DNA of 64,000 nucleotides from Octopus bimaculoides (lineage: Eukaryota), in contig NC_068996.1 in NCBI RefSeq assembly GCF_001194135.2, forward strand, positions 8,064,304 through 8,128,303, in the 5' to 3' direction. Positions 10,892 through 23,220 of the stretch are shown piece after piece. Below the pieces are notes generated by a model, which was not told the origin of the DNA, ran no database searches, and saw only the letters and a program-made list of their open reading frames with translations. Position numbers and translations under genes: made by a program. The number at the start of each line of letters is the position of its first letter. Within the stretch, counting starts at the first letter, position 1.

Positions 10892-11734
10892 TATATGCAT
10901 ATAAATACTTATTTATGCATATGATACACTAATGTATATGTGTATCTCTCTTTCTGTACACACACACCTACACACACACGCGCGCGCGCGCGTACGTGTA
11001 CATGTATATATACACGCGCACACAAATATGTATTTGTGAACCTCACTTAACATTGTTGTAGCGGTATGTATGTTCTGGTGCATGGCATTCGCTGTAGTGC
11101 TGTGAAGTAAACAACAGGTGGATACTACAATATTACTGCTGCTTATATTATTGCGGAAGGAAAATGACGGTTCTAAAGTAACACATAAAAATTAAAAATT
11201 ATATTTATTCACTCTCGACTATCATCAGACATCGAATTATATTAGACTATAGGCAAAGCTTGTATATTACACTGTATCATATTATAATTTAGAATAATTA
11301 TTATATTTTTATATGTTAGTAGGAAAGGCAGGCTTATTGTTCACAGTAACTGAGTTAAGTCGCATATAATCATTACATAATACAATAACCAACGTAAGAT
11401 CCTAACGTGTAATAAAGCACAGTGAATTAGCTAGTCTTTGATATCGAAAAACAAACAAGCAAAAAAAATGGGGCTAACGGCCGTTACTCCTTTGACCTAT
11501 CGATCTTTCTTTTCAGTTATGACTCACTAGGGGCTGAATAATGACAGCTTCATTTGTACGTTTCTATGTCTATAAGAAACTTAGATTATCTTTTAAAACT
11601 ATTTAAATTATGCTTGTACATACATAAGAAGCAAATTTAAATTCATTAAGATTGGTTTGGGCACATAGTTTAGTACATCACAACTCATTTGAATTAAAAC
11701 TTACAGGCCCGCGAGGGAGTATCTACGTATGTAG

Positions 11735-11938
11735 TAATAGCAGCTAAATCTACCTCAGAACGCTCCCTCCCCCACTGCCTTAGAAAACGACACGTTGGAG
11801 AATTATGTTGAGTGTATCCTGTAGATAGGAAAAAAGACCACCACCACCACCTCTACCACTAGAGGGGTGGTCACGACTGAATGCCCTTGATCGAAATTCT
11901 ACCCGATCAGGATTGACATAGGTTAAACGACAGCAACA
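11735..11938 (-). repeat. Unclassified ~200-bp interspersed repeat, family F
   Basis: Homologous (reverse) to 12110-12260, 31775-31975, 38200-38380 and 58600-58790. Confidence 0.6.
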
Positions 11939-12109
11939 CACTTTTAAATATACACACAAGCGTGTTTAGATATTTTGTATTGATAATTGCTTAGTCGACA
12001 CGTTGCTAAGTTGACACGTTGCTTTTTCTACAGAAAAAACAAAACAAAAACAAAACCGCCACCACCACCACCACCACCACCACCACAAAGAATAACTTTT
12101 AATCAATCT

Positions 12110-12260
12110 GTTGCTGTTTAGTCCCAAGTCAACCCTGGTCGAGCAGACCTTTGATTAAAAGCATTCCAGCTGTGACCATTCCGATTCTCTTAATATCGAA
12201 GATTACAGTACATAACATGTCTTTTTCTTAAACACTAAAGTAAGGACTTTTGGCAACTGT
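12110..12260 (+). repeat. Family F repeat, partial
   Basis: GTTTAGTCCCAAGTCAACCCTGGTCGAGCAGACC...GCATTCCAGCTGTGACCATTCC. Confidence 0.6.
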
Positions 12261-12929
12261 TTTTTGCACGGTCAGCGCTGTTGTACAGGCCTTACTTTCT
12301 TGGTTCGATTCCCATCTCGTCTCTTATATGTGGTGAATTTTTCAGTCTCAACGCTTATAATTTTGCTTCACTGTCATAATTTCTGTCTTGTGTTACCGGC
12401 ACCCATAAAGAACGAAAGAAAGAAAAAGTGAAGAAAATGGAGAAAGAAATAAAGAGAGTGGGGTAGACTGCTTGAAATAGTGGAGGTGAGAGAACTAAAC
12501 CCAAACAAAAAATGCCACAGATTTAACTCGTCATATGTAGCATCTCCTTAGACAATCTTGGAATTTCCTTGTTCTCGCCAGCGGTTTGACAGTCTCATGA
12601 ACCAGGCTGGGTGAGAAAATCCAGAATTAACACCAAAGTGATTGCGGGAAACGATTATAGTTCGTTCAACAATTGAATAAAAAAACAGTTTTACGCAATA
12701 GTTCCTGATTGAAACACACACATACACACAGAGTCACATATAACACATACACACGTGTATGTATGTGGGTGTGTGTTGGCAATCTATCCTGGTTAAACGC
12801 ACACTCAATTATATATGCCTGTGTATGTTTATTATTTTTGTGTTATATATTGTTTAAGCCAGCTTTCTTCTTTTTGAAATATCTTCCTTCGTCATTACAA
12901 GATCCGCAACTATATCGCGATGACCACCC

Positions 12930-13435
12930 ACAACTAACATCAACACTTAATCACCACTGCGCTCCCCCCCTCCCCCACTATACATCTAGTACTACTACTA
13001 CTATTACTACTTTTACTGTAATTACTTCCAATACAACTATTACTACCACTGTACACTCCCGCTTCCCCCTACCACTACTACCATCACCTTCTCCACCATC
13101 GCAACCAACACCACCACCACCAACAACACTACTACCACTGCCATACTCCCCCCTCATTCACAACTACTACTATGATTGCAGCTACCATCATCGTGACACA
13201 CTCCCACTATCCCTCCCTCACCATCACTACTACTACTACTACTACTACTACCGATGCCGTCGCCTCCACCAACACCACCAGCATCAGCACACCACCACCA
13301 CCGCCAACAATAACAACGTTATCACTATTTCTACCACCACTACATACCCTTCCCGTTTTCTCTCTCTACTACTACTTCTACTACTACTACTATTGCTACT
13401 GCTGCTACTACTACTGCTACAATTTACTGCAGTAA
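12930..13435. repeat. ACT/ACC/CAC trinucleotide mosaic in the putative 5' UTR
   Basis: Low-complexity triplet runs seen directly. Confidence 0.85.
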
Positions 13436-13522
13436 CCCTCCTCCTTTTTGCCAGTTCCTCTTTCTCCTCCTCTCCTATTCTATTCAGCAACCATCGCCGC
13501 CTCTATAGTTTCCCATAGTGCG

Positions 13523-13964
13523 ATGTCTACAGCTGAAATGGGAACACACACTAGGATTTGGGTGCTGCTCATTGTTTTGTCACTTTCGACCACAAACCTA
13601 ATAAATTTCTTCATACAAGCAGAGAAATATTCCAACTTGCATTCTTCGACATTGTCCGAGACTAATACGAACAGTCACAGTAGTGGTAGTAGCAGTAGTA
13701 GTAGTAGTAGTAATAATAATAATAATAATAACAAAAATAATAAACATAATAATAACAATCATAATCATAACAATGATAATAGGTACATAAATAGTGGTGA
13801 TAATAACGATAGTGCCAGCAAAAGGTCCCAAAACCCGAACCCATCACCTAATGGAATATTTGTAAACGGAGTACCATCGAACCCGACCGGCTCTAAACAA
13901 CAGCAACTCTCCACGGCGTCTACTAAGAAGAAACTAGAGGATTTTAAAGAATACGACTGTCCAG
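13523..13964 (+). CDS. First coding exon of a secreted or type-I membrane protein (signal peptide, Ser/Asn/His-rich linker, start of a Cys-containing module); family not identified
   Basis: ATG 13523 (alternative ATG 13538) with an in-frame stop upstream at 13433-13435. Reads MSTAEMGTHTRIWVLLIVLSLSTTNLINFFIQA|EK..., poly-S/N, SASKR, TKKKLEDFKEYDCP. Strong donor CCAG|GTAAGA at 13964/13965; 442 nt gives a phase-1 intron. Confidence 0.8.
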
Positions 13965-14079
13965 GTAAGAATGAGAAGAAAAAGGAAATATAGAAATGTG
14001 CTCTTTATTTATCTGTTTTTAATTCATCTTATCTATTTCTCTCTGATTGTGTATCGTTTATCTATGTGTTTTTTTTTGT

Positions 14080-14121
14080 TTATCTATCTATCTATCTGTC
14101 TGTCTGTCTGTCTGTCCATCC

Positions 14122-14175
<54 letters not shown>

Positions 14176-14530
14176 ATATCATCTATCTGTCCATCTATCT
14201 ATCTATCTATCTGTCTTTTTGTCTCTATTTATCTATCTATCTTTTTGTCTCTATCTTTCCTATATCTGTCATTTTGTCTCTGTCTATCTGTCTGTATGTC
14301 TTTTTGTCTCTATCTATCTATCTTTTTGTTTTATCTATCTGTCTATCCGTCTTTTTGTCTATCCTTCTGTCTTTTTATCCATCTATTTATCCCTCTGTTC
14401 ATCCGCCATTCCTTCCATCTATCTATCTATCTATCTATCTGTCTGTCTGTCTATCTCTTTCTTTCTTTATTTTTATTCACTATCTTTTCCCATCTATCCG
14501 GCTAGACATCTATCTGTCTATACCTTCATC
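14080..14530. repeat. (ATCT)n/(GTCT)n tetranucleotide mosaic at the start of intron 1
   Basis: Seen directly. Confidence 0.9.
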
Positions 14531-15302
14531 AGCTTACCTACCTATGTATCAAACTCTGTCCCTCTTCAAACATACACACCCTTTAAAATACATCAGGTAA
14601 GGGATGATGTACGAAAAAAAAAAAAAAACTCAATCAACGGAAATTTGTCTCTTTTATTCGATTCTAAATTGTTTATTCTTCGAGATTGTCAATTTAAACT
14701 TAATAAAGAAAACATTATGCATTTTGGAAAAGCACGTGTAAATAATATACATGTGTGTGTATCTATATCTATGTGCATACCTTAATATGTCTAAATGGTT
14801 GATGTCTTATACATACGTAATTTACATATATGAATTCTGCTTACATGTGTGTTTAATGTATGTTAACTGCAATATCTTTTTTCAGTATATATAACGTGTG
14901 TGTGTGTGTGTGTACGCGCAATGGATGTATAATGAACTAACACACAGGATATGTTATTATGAGTTACTCTTCAAAACGTTTTTTCTTTTCTTTTGCATAA
15001 TTGAACTGTTTTAAATACACATGCGTTTTTACAACACCTCAGTGTGTGTTTGTGTTGGTTAGTCTTTGAGGTTATCTTCTCTGTAATTATGAAATGTTCT
15101 ATTAGCCACGAAATTCAGTATTGGCTGAAATCTATTAAGATGAGGAAAAATAAATATGAACTGTTTCTTGGCAAGGTATTTCCAATGTCTTTGCAGTTGT
15201 CTCTATTTCTAGTTATGGTTGATCGCTGTTATATATATATATATAATAAACACGCGCAACTAACTGCTTATCATTTATGCACTTTATATCCTCCCACACG
15301 CA

Positions 15303-15362
<60 letters not shown>

Positions 15363-16526
15363 CATGCAAGACACCTTCAAAGATATTCATTCATATAATA
15401 AACACGCGCGCACTCTCGTACATACATGAATGCAAATACAAGCATAGAAAAAGGTTTTGGTAAATATAGACATAACCACATACGTGCAGGCATACATAGA
15501 TATATAGATACACGTTAAATTAAAGTATTGTTAGAATACATATACACTTTCATCGGGTTAATTTTATGTGCATTTTCTGCCGCAATTCCTTCACCGCATT
15601 TCCTCTTTAATAACAATCTCGATTGTGAATGGAAAAATAATACCAAGGATATATGTGTGTGTGTCACAGGTATGCACGTGTCTATGTGAATTAATTTGTG
15701 AAATGTTAATAAAGTCAGAAAGACCGGAGTGGATGATAGCACAATTCTGCGGAAAACCCATGGTTCCTCATGTTCGCAATATTCGCCATAATAACATTCT
15801 CCTACACACCCCTTTCCCGCCCTCCACGACCAACTAACTTCATTGTTGTGTTGGTGAAACCCCTTTCGGAATAAATATTCTCAATGTGTACTATTCCCGC
15901 ACATTGCCGCTTTACACCCAGTAGTCGTGCCTGTGTGGTCTGTGTATGTGTGAGTGATTGAATTGCTATTGATTATCGATCGACTTGTACCAATAGAAAG
16001 CTTCTTTTGTGCTAATTGAAAAGCATATTTTTTCTCCCTCTTCAAATAGATGGAGTGTGTAAAAATTGACGCTTCTCGGTTTAACACATGGTCGTTCATA
16101 TGTTCAGCATATATGTTTTCTCCGCATTTTATGTGCGTAAACATTCATAATACGACGGTGAAAGTCCTCTTTTATATTGATTTCCCTTCTAATAATTTAT
16201 ATTGAGCTAGCTTCATGTTAAAATGTGCCCACGCTTTTTTTTCTTTATATTCCGTATTCCACTTACTTTGCACAAATGGAAAATTCCTTCCTATATATCA
16301 GTACCGGCACTATCTTCCTACCACTTATTAATGTCTGAAGTTTATCAGAAGAATGAAAGAATGATTGAATAACTATTGTATCTGCAGTGTTGGTTCTAGT
16401 GATTTTTTTTTCTTTTTCGCACCGGAGTTCAGATGTACTTCACATATAGAAGATATTAGCATAAATTGTTAGAATATAAAAATACCCTTCTCAGCAACAA
16501 CCAGTAATCAATCAAAATTATATATA

Positions 16527-16639
16527 NNNNNNNNNNNNNNNNNNNNNNNNNNNNNNNNNNNNNNNNNNNNNNNNNNNNNNNNNNNNNNNNNNNNNNNNNN
16601 NNNNNNNNNNNNNNNNNNNNNNNNNNNNNNNNNNNNNNN
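16527..16639. other. Assembly gap (N)
   Basis: N run next to a TA repeat. Confidence 1.
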
Positions 16640-17499
16640 GTACATTATGTCGACTCTTTTCTTGACAGAATACACCTTAAGAAGTCTGTATGTTCCTAAC
16701 GTACTTTCTTTTCTTTGAATAATCCCAGTTTATGTTATAGACAAGGACCTTGAAAGATAATTGGTTATTATGTATGACACATTTTAAATTTTGAATAGAG
16801 CAAACTGCATACTTAATTGAACTCATTAATGCCTGTTCTCTAATACACTTTTCATGACATACAGTGAAAACACCTTTAAAAAAAATTATTCTTTTGATTA
16901 ATAACGCCTAAATCCAGAACTGACACAACTGGTGAATGCTTCATTTCTCTTCCTTTCTTTCTTCTTTATTTATTTTGTCATTGGTTTTGATCTTGAGGCT
17001 GTGGCCATGACTTTTGCAGGCCCTCTGAGACTAATGAGGTAGATACAGGGAGAAATGTCCAGAGGGTTGATACTCTGAGAATGTAGAACTGGAGTGGAAG
17101 TGACACAAGAGTAGCAAGCTCCAATAGTAGAGGATTTTGTAATTGTTTTAGATGAGAAAAAATACATTTAAGACTAGAAGTTTGAAGTGTCGGTGAGCAG
17201 CTTCATGCCTTTCTTTTTAATTTTATTATGGCATGCTCTCTCCTGATTGAAAATGGTTTGTATTAAATCTCGTTAAGATCCACAATAACCTTTTGTCTAC
17301 CCACAACCTGGCTATACTTGACACTACAATTTGAAGATTCTTGCTATTAATTATTGGTGGGCAAGCAACTCTGTAAGATTCTCCTTCAGATACTTCAGGT
17401 AGTAACAATCACACTGAAACTGAGTTTGCTTTGCTTGTTTCAGCAATAAGCATAGGTGTTTAGAAACTGGAAGGACAGTGGAGAGTATGCACTATATCC

Positions 17500-19100
17500 A
17501 AGCTGTACCATTCAGTACCCTCCATAAAGCTCATCATTGACTACACAGTTGTGCTCTTTGTCCCCTTTCTAGGCGAAATGGTTGCTTGGCTGGCAGCTCT
17601 GTACTATAGCTCTGCTTACTCAGAGCTAACCTGGGGTTACCATGTAACAACACTAACCTATATCATCTTCCCCTTCTACTTCACATTAAATAACATTCTC
17701 CACCTTGAAGCCATGGTCACTCCTACATAGTTGTTCCAGACATCCATTAATCATCTTCATATTCCTGCAGGGGTTGTGAGGGATGTCCTCCAAGCGGGTT
17801 CTGTTAGAAGCATCTATCAGCAAATGTGTTCTGGCTGGATCCCCAAATGACAAGCTGATTGGCAATAAATATTATCCAACCATCTTGCTTGTGGTCTATC
17901 CTTACGTCTCCTGCTAGTTATCCTTGTTCATAAAATCTGTCCTGTGATTCTTTCCTCAGATAGTCTAACCACATGTTTGTAGTACTAGAGCTGTGACCTC
18001 TCGTTCTATAGACATAGTGGCTCAGCCTGGAGTGATTTCCTGATCTCTGAACTATCAAATAATGTTATTCCAGCGATCCTTCATAGGAGCTCCATTTCAG
18101 CTGTTCATACTATTTTGGTTACTATGCAAGATTGATAACTATAGGTAAGGGTAGTTATGTAAACTGCACTGAAAATAACAAGTTTAGCTTTTTCACCTAT
18201 ATCCCTTCTTCCATGATCAAGTGCTACAGCTGGCATGTTATTGCACCAGTGCTAGCAATTCTTTCCACATTTGAGAGTTTTACTTTGCCCTTGTAACTTT
18301 GGTCTTTGTGAAGCTGATCTTCACTCCCAGGCACACCAGAGGGTGTTATCATGACTAAATTTAGAAAATCAGCAAAGTTTTCTCTCCATCTTTCAAGGAT
18401 GTTCTTCTCTGTAATAAGAAGAATACTGGATGAGTTCCTGATGGCATGTGTGGAGGGAGGCTGATTTTTTTATTTTTTTATAAATTTAGTGGATGGTCTG
18501 CTAGAATACTCCATTTGCTGATTGAAATGCAGATTACAGCTTAACCTCAATCAGCACCACACCTGAAGAGTGGAGTTGTCATCTTCCATCCAAATCTATG
18601 GAAGAAGCTTTGCAGAAGAAAGTCTTGATGACACTTAGCTGGTTAAATTTGGCTGCCTCTGCTTGTTCTTGCTCCTTACCCATAATAGTTGTGAATTATG
18701 ATTATCAATTGCTAGCAGACACTCTCTTTTGAACCCCTTTTTGGGGTCCCAGGACATGCAAACTTTGTGCAATCACCATGTGACTCTTAAGATGAGTTGC
18801 TAGCCTATTGCTGGATCTCCTGGCATTGGGTGGAGACTACAGTTTTCTGAACGGACTCTCTGAATTACCTAAGACCTGAATGCATGCCTTGTTATTCTGA
18901 GTGAAGAAAATGCATTATGGTTGCCTGTATGTGCTTAGCTCTTAGATCTGCCAGTGCAGACAGCACAATAAGCAATGGGCCTTTTCCAGATATCTCCATT
19001 GATTGCCTTCTTCCTGGCTCCATTTGGGCCATCATGTCCCTGTATGTATCATGTCATACCTCTACATACTCTAGCCGTAATGCAATTTTGTTGACATTAT
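17500..19100 (-). mobile_element. Highly degenerate RTE LINE remnant (APE to RT)
   Basis: Minus strand SILLITEKNILERWRENFADFLN (~18360-18440), APE-like segment ~18900-19030, FR-G-T-like RT motif ~18010-18070. Heavily disrupted. Confidence 0.65.
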
Positions 19101-19432
19101 TTAAGCCACTCACCTGTTTGATATTTTTTTGTCTTATTCATGAAGACTTGGCCTTATTTAGATGTAGTCTTCATTTTGTCGTCTTTACATTGCTGGTTGT
19201 GTGTGTCATCTTCTCTTGTACACATTTGGCCCTTGGTGGTTTATTCTTCTGGCTAGGTATAACACTTACATTGCAACAAATTGCTGTATTTGGTGGACAT
19301 GTCACCTGTGACCTGTTCTACAGCTCTGCTGAGAAACATGGTCATTCAACTAGCTAAAAACAGCAGGTTATATATCTCTCAAACTACTCTCTCTGCCACC
19401 CTAAAAAGGACATATTGAATGATATAGAAATA

Positions 19433-19853
19433 TGAGGGTCTGCTGAAAATTTCTTGGTTTTGGGTAAAATAAAATACAGAGGATCAGTTAATTATGATTT
19501 TATTCAACATGTGTGTAGTTGTTGCCAGTGCTGCAGGACTGGCTCTCGTGCCGGTGGCACATAAAGGCACCCGCTACACTCTTAGAGTGGTTGGCGTTTG
19601 GAAGGGCATCCAGCTGTAGAAACTCTGCCAAATCAGATTGGAGCCTGGTGTAGCCTTCTGGCTCACCAGTCCTCAGTCAAACCGTCCAACCCATGCCAGC
19701 ATGGAAAGCGGATGTTAAACGACGATTCCCCTCTCAGATTCATGCAGTAGTCCTTCAATTTTTCTAAGCCCTGTAAAAGAACTTGGAAACTTGGGCCTCC
19801 AACTAGGCCTTTTGTGATACCCTTAAAGCAAGGATCTTTTCAGCACCCCCTCA
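19433..19853. mobile_element. mariner-type MITE with nested RTE-tail insertion
   Basis: TA|TGAGGGTCTGCTGAAAATTTCTTGG left end and AAAGCAAGGATCTTTTCAGCACCCCCTCA|TA right end (22/29 TIR match). A related partial copy sits at ~39313-39480. Confidence 0.7.
19519..19727 (+). mobile_element. RTE-type 3'-tail repeat nested in the MITE
   Basis: GTGCCGGTGGCAC...GAAAGCGGATGTTAAACGACGAT. Confidence 0.8.
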
Positions 19854-20255
19854 TACACTGCTCAAATGAAGATAATATGGTCACTGCTGAAATATCTTTG
19901 ATAATAATCTGTAGGAATAATTCTGACTTTGATTAAAAAACACAAAACATTCTCAATCCTGCCTCTCTAAATCTCAACCATTATGATATCTTAACATTTA
20001 GTTTTTTTTTATTTGTTATAAATGCTTACTTAGAAGAGGGTTTCATTTCAGTCTCCAAAACTGGTGAGGAGAAAGGAAGTTGCTCTCAGACAGGAAATCT
20101 GGCTTGAATTTGTCAAGGCTTTTACAATAGCTCTGTACTGATGAAAGCCTTGTGAGTGGATTAGTTGAGGCTGGACACCCTTCCTGTTTGCCAACTGTCT
20201 GTAATCAACTTAAGCCCCTCCCCCAAATTGCTGGCCTTGTGCCAAAATATGAAAC

Positions 20256-20303
<48 letters not shown>

Positions 20304-20304
20304 G

Positions 20305-20441
20305 TAGTTGGCGTTAGGAAGGGCATCCAGCCGTAGAAACTCTGCCAAATCAGATTGGAGCGTGGTGTAGCCATCTGGTTTCACCAGTCCTCGGTCAAAT
20401 CGTCCAACCCATGCTAGCATGGAAAGCGGACGTTAAACGAC

Positions 20442-20480
<39 letters not shown>
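20305..20480 (+). mobile_element. RTE-type 3'-tail repeat with long (GAT)n, following a (TTA)n tract
   Basis: GTTGGCGTTAGGAAGGGCATCC...GGACGTTAAACGACGAT(GAT)n. Confidence 0.85.
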
Positions 20481-20481
<1 letters not shown>

Positions 20482-20743
20482 GCAGCAAGCTCGCAGAATC
20501 ATTAGCACACTGGACAAAATACCAAGTGGTATTTCACCCTTCACTACATTCTGAGTTGAAATTCTGCCGAGGTCAACTTTGCCTTTCATCCTTTCAGGGT
20601 TGATAAAATAAGAACCAGTTGAACAGTGGGGGTTGATGTAGGCTTACAAAGAATAAGTCCTGGGGTCGATTTGTTTGACTAAAGGCAGTGCTCCAGCATG
20701 GCCACAGTCAGATGACTGAAACAAGTAAAAGAATAAAAGAATA
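20481..20743 (+). mobile_element. SINE B 5' part joined to SINE A 3' part
   Basis: 20481-20640 matches 37958-38184; 20641-20743 matches the 3' end of 53051-53480. Confidence 0.7.
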
Positions 20744-20880
20744 ATAAAATAGCAATCAGCAATGATGGAAATCTATCATGTAATGGATATGATCCTCTTG
20801 TGGTAGATAGAATAAGTTCCAGTTGATATGGCTGACTAAACTCCTACCCTGTCCAAAACATTTGGTCTTTGCATCTAAAT

Positions 20881-21154
20881 CAGTGGTTCCAAAGTAGGTG
20901 GTATTGCTCCCTTGGGGGTGGTGGAAAGTTCCAAGGGGGCGTTGAAGAAAAGTGGGGCAACAATGGGGTAGCCATTCATGTAAAAACAACAAAATAATGG
21001 GTTCATTAGGTTAAGTTTTATTTGTGAAACACAGTTGCTTTGAATTTACTTCAGAAAGAGGTCTATGTTTGTGATGGTTAGTTGGGGTGGGGGCACTAAG
21101 AATGTGGCCTGGGTGTCAAGGGGGCGGCAGCCCGAAAAAGTTTGGGAACCACTG
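20881..21154. mobile_element. hAT (Charlie-like) MITE
   Basis: TIRs CAGTGGTTCC(C)AAA...TTTGGGAACCACTG with a perfect 8-bp TSD ATCTAAAT (20873-20880; 21155-21162). Confidence 0.9.
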
Positions 21155-21478
21155 ATCTAAATCATCAATGAAAAAAAAGCTACAAGAAATTGTTTTATCC
21201 TGGTTCTTTATACTCTAAGCTCAAATATTGTCATGATCAACATTGTCTTTCATCCTTCCTGTGATGATAAAACAAAGTACCTGTCAAATATTGGGGTTTA
21301 TATAAGTGACTAACCCCACTCCCTTCAAAAGTGAGTACTAGTCTTGAACCGGTAAAGTTGTCTCTCTTTCCAGGTGTCACATCCTGGATATTCCACTGAT
21401 CTAAGAAGAGAAGAGCCAAGGGGGTGTCTTGTGTTTCCATGTGACTGCATAGGTACCAGAAACAATTAGCAAAAAACA

Positions 21479-21519
<41 letters not shown>

Positions 21520-21536
21520 CATATACATATACATAT

Positions 21537-21720
21537 AGGCACAAGTGTATCTGTGTGGTAAGAAGCTTGCTTCTCAACTATATGGTTCTGGGTTCAATCC
21601 CTCTGTGTGGCACCTTGGCCAAGTGTCTTTTACAATAGCACTGTGCTGATGAAAGACTTGTGAGTGCATTGATTGATAGAAACTGAAAGAAACCTGTCAT
21701 ATGTAGTATATGTATGTGTG
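21537..21720 (+). mobile_element. SINE family A, 5' part
   Basis: TGTGTGGTAAGAAGCTTGC...GGGTTCAATCCC...GGCACCTTGG. Confidence 0.75.
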
Positions 21721-22506
21721 CATGTGTATGTGCTTGACTGCTCCTTGTTTAAACAAGTGTTACATCTATGCAAGTGGCGTGCTTCAGTTCTAATCTTCAG
21801 TGAAAATATGTCTGGCTATGGAGGAAATATAACTTTACTTGGAAACAGTTAAGTGTTGTTGACAGGAAGGGCTTCCAACTGCAGAAAATCTGTCTTAGCA
21901 AAATTCCATCCAACCCATGGAAAGTAGATGTTAAAATGATGATGACTATGATATATAATCATTTTTATTATTGATGTTAATGTTAATGTTTATTTTTATT
22001 TTACATTTTAACCTACCAACAAGTTCCAATATCCTGTCTGGTAAAGCCTATCCTTAAGCCTTTCACTCGTTTACAGTGTTTTCTAGTACATATCCATTTC
22101 ACTGGTGCTTCTCAATTTCTGTCTGTCACAGTGACAAAAACAATGTACTGTTCTTAGTTTCCATTAACCATTATTTTTTTTTCTTTTCTCACTCTCTCTG
22201 TCTTACTGACAATATTACATTTCATTTATTTGTTTATCTTAATTACTAGTGTACATTCGGTGTCTGTCGAATAACAATAAAGTGGGTTAACAACAGCAAG
22301 ACGAAACTTGTAAATGCATTTGAGCCAGCAAAGGAGCTTCTGTGTTGTTGCTCAGCCTCTAAGAAACATCAGCATAAATCTTCACCATTACCTTATTAAG
22401 AAAGAAAAGAACACATTGGGTGATGATAATTCTAGATAAACTATGCCTGACAACAGCTCCTACCAAAAAAATCATTGGATGTTTTCACAGGTCTTTTATT
22501 CTAGAT

Positions 22507-22681
22507 CAGTGGCTGGATTCCTTTGATTCCTGTTCTATTCTACTGGAACCTTATGTTAAAGTATCCTATTGTACTTTCATGATTGAATATTATTGGGATT
22601 GTATAAAAAGAAACAATCCTTAAAATATTTTGTGTATTGTAAATGTATAACCAATTTGTGTACCCTCGTTGAGAACCACTG
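22507..22681. mobile_element. hAT MITE, internally deleted
   Basis: CAGTGG... to ...GTTGAGAACCACTG; decayed TSD TTCTAGAT/ATTTATAT; body shared with 52875-53050. Confidence 0.6.
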
Positions 22682-23064
22682 ATTTATATCAAAGGTCATG
22701 AGTCTATTAATTTAATAAGTAAATGAAGGCTGACTTGAAATTCCCAGTGTTAGCCAACTGTTTGAAGAGGGGTGAATTCTAGCCTGCTGAATTTCTCTTT
22801 GACTCAGAATGTAAAGTGGAATCTTTTGATGACTATGAAACATTTAGAGGACCCAAATTAAAAGTTACAATCAATGATTTAGCATTCTTTGGCTTGTCTT
22901 TGAAAATTTATTTATCCATCATCATCATCATCATCATTTCATTATCATTTTCATGTCAACTTTTCCATACTTACACTGGTTGCATTGGACAAGATACAGG
23001 TACAACATGCATGTACCTGCTCGCGTGTGCGCACACACACACACACACACACACGGATAAACGA

Positions 23065-23220
23065 TAGGCTTCTTTCAGTTGCAATCTACCAAATCCACTG
23101 AAAAGGCCTTAGTTGGCCTGAGGCATAACAAAAGACATTTGCCCAAGGTACCACACAGTGGGACTGATCCTTGAACCATGCAGTTGAGAAGCAAACTTCT
23201 TACCACACAGCCACACCTAT
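23065..23220 (-). mobile_element. SINE family A, 5' part
   Basis: GGCTTCTTTCAGTT...CTTACCACACAGCCAC. Confidence 0.75.

Larger units (their letters stand above)
10900..13522 (+). promoter_or_regulatory. CpG-retaining upstream/5'-UTR domain of the + strand gene (probable promoter; TSS not located)
   Basis: CpG visibly frequent here and on to ~16450, but depleted in old repeats elsewhere. Lies directly upstream of the coding exon. Confidence 0.45.

Noticed and set aside
12709-13518. 269-aa ORF overlapping the 5' region
   Set aside because: Starts at a non-ATG codon, is made of triplet-repeat translations and is in a different frame from the signal-peptide exon.
13965-13993. Extending the CDS to the stop at 13993 (single-exon gene)
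   Set aside because: A strong CAG|GTAAGA donor at 13965 followed by intron-like T-rich and microsatellite DNA makes splicing more likely.
13971-14785. Long ORFs (209, 152, 239 aa) and the CATCAG|GTAAG donor at 14596/14597
   Set aside because: Products of (ATCT)n repeats; no credible acceptor or coding signal.
16669-16720. Possible phase-1 exon 2 after TTTTCTTGACAG
   Set aside because: The frame closes within ~16 codons, has no Cys-module pattern and sits beside a gap.
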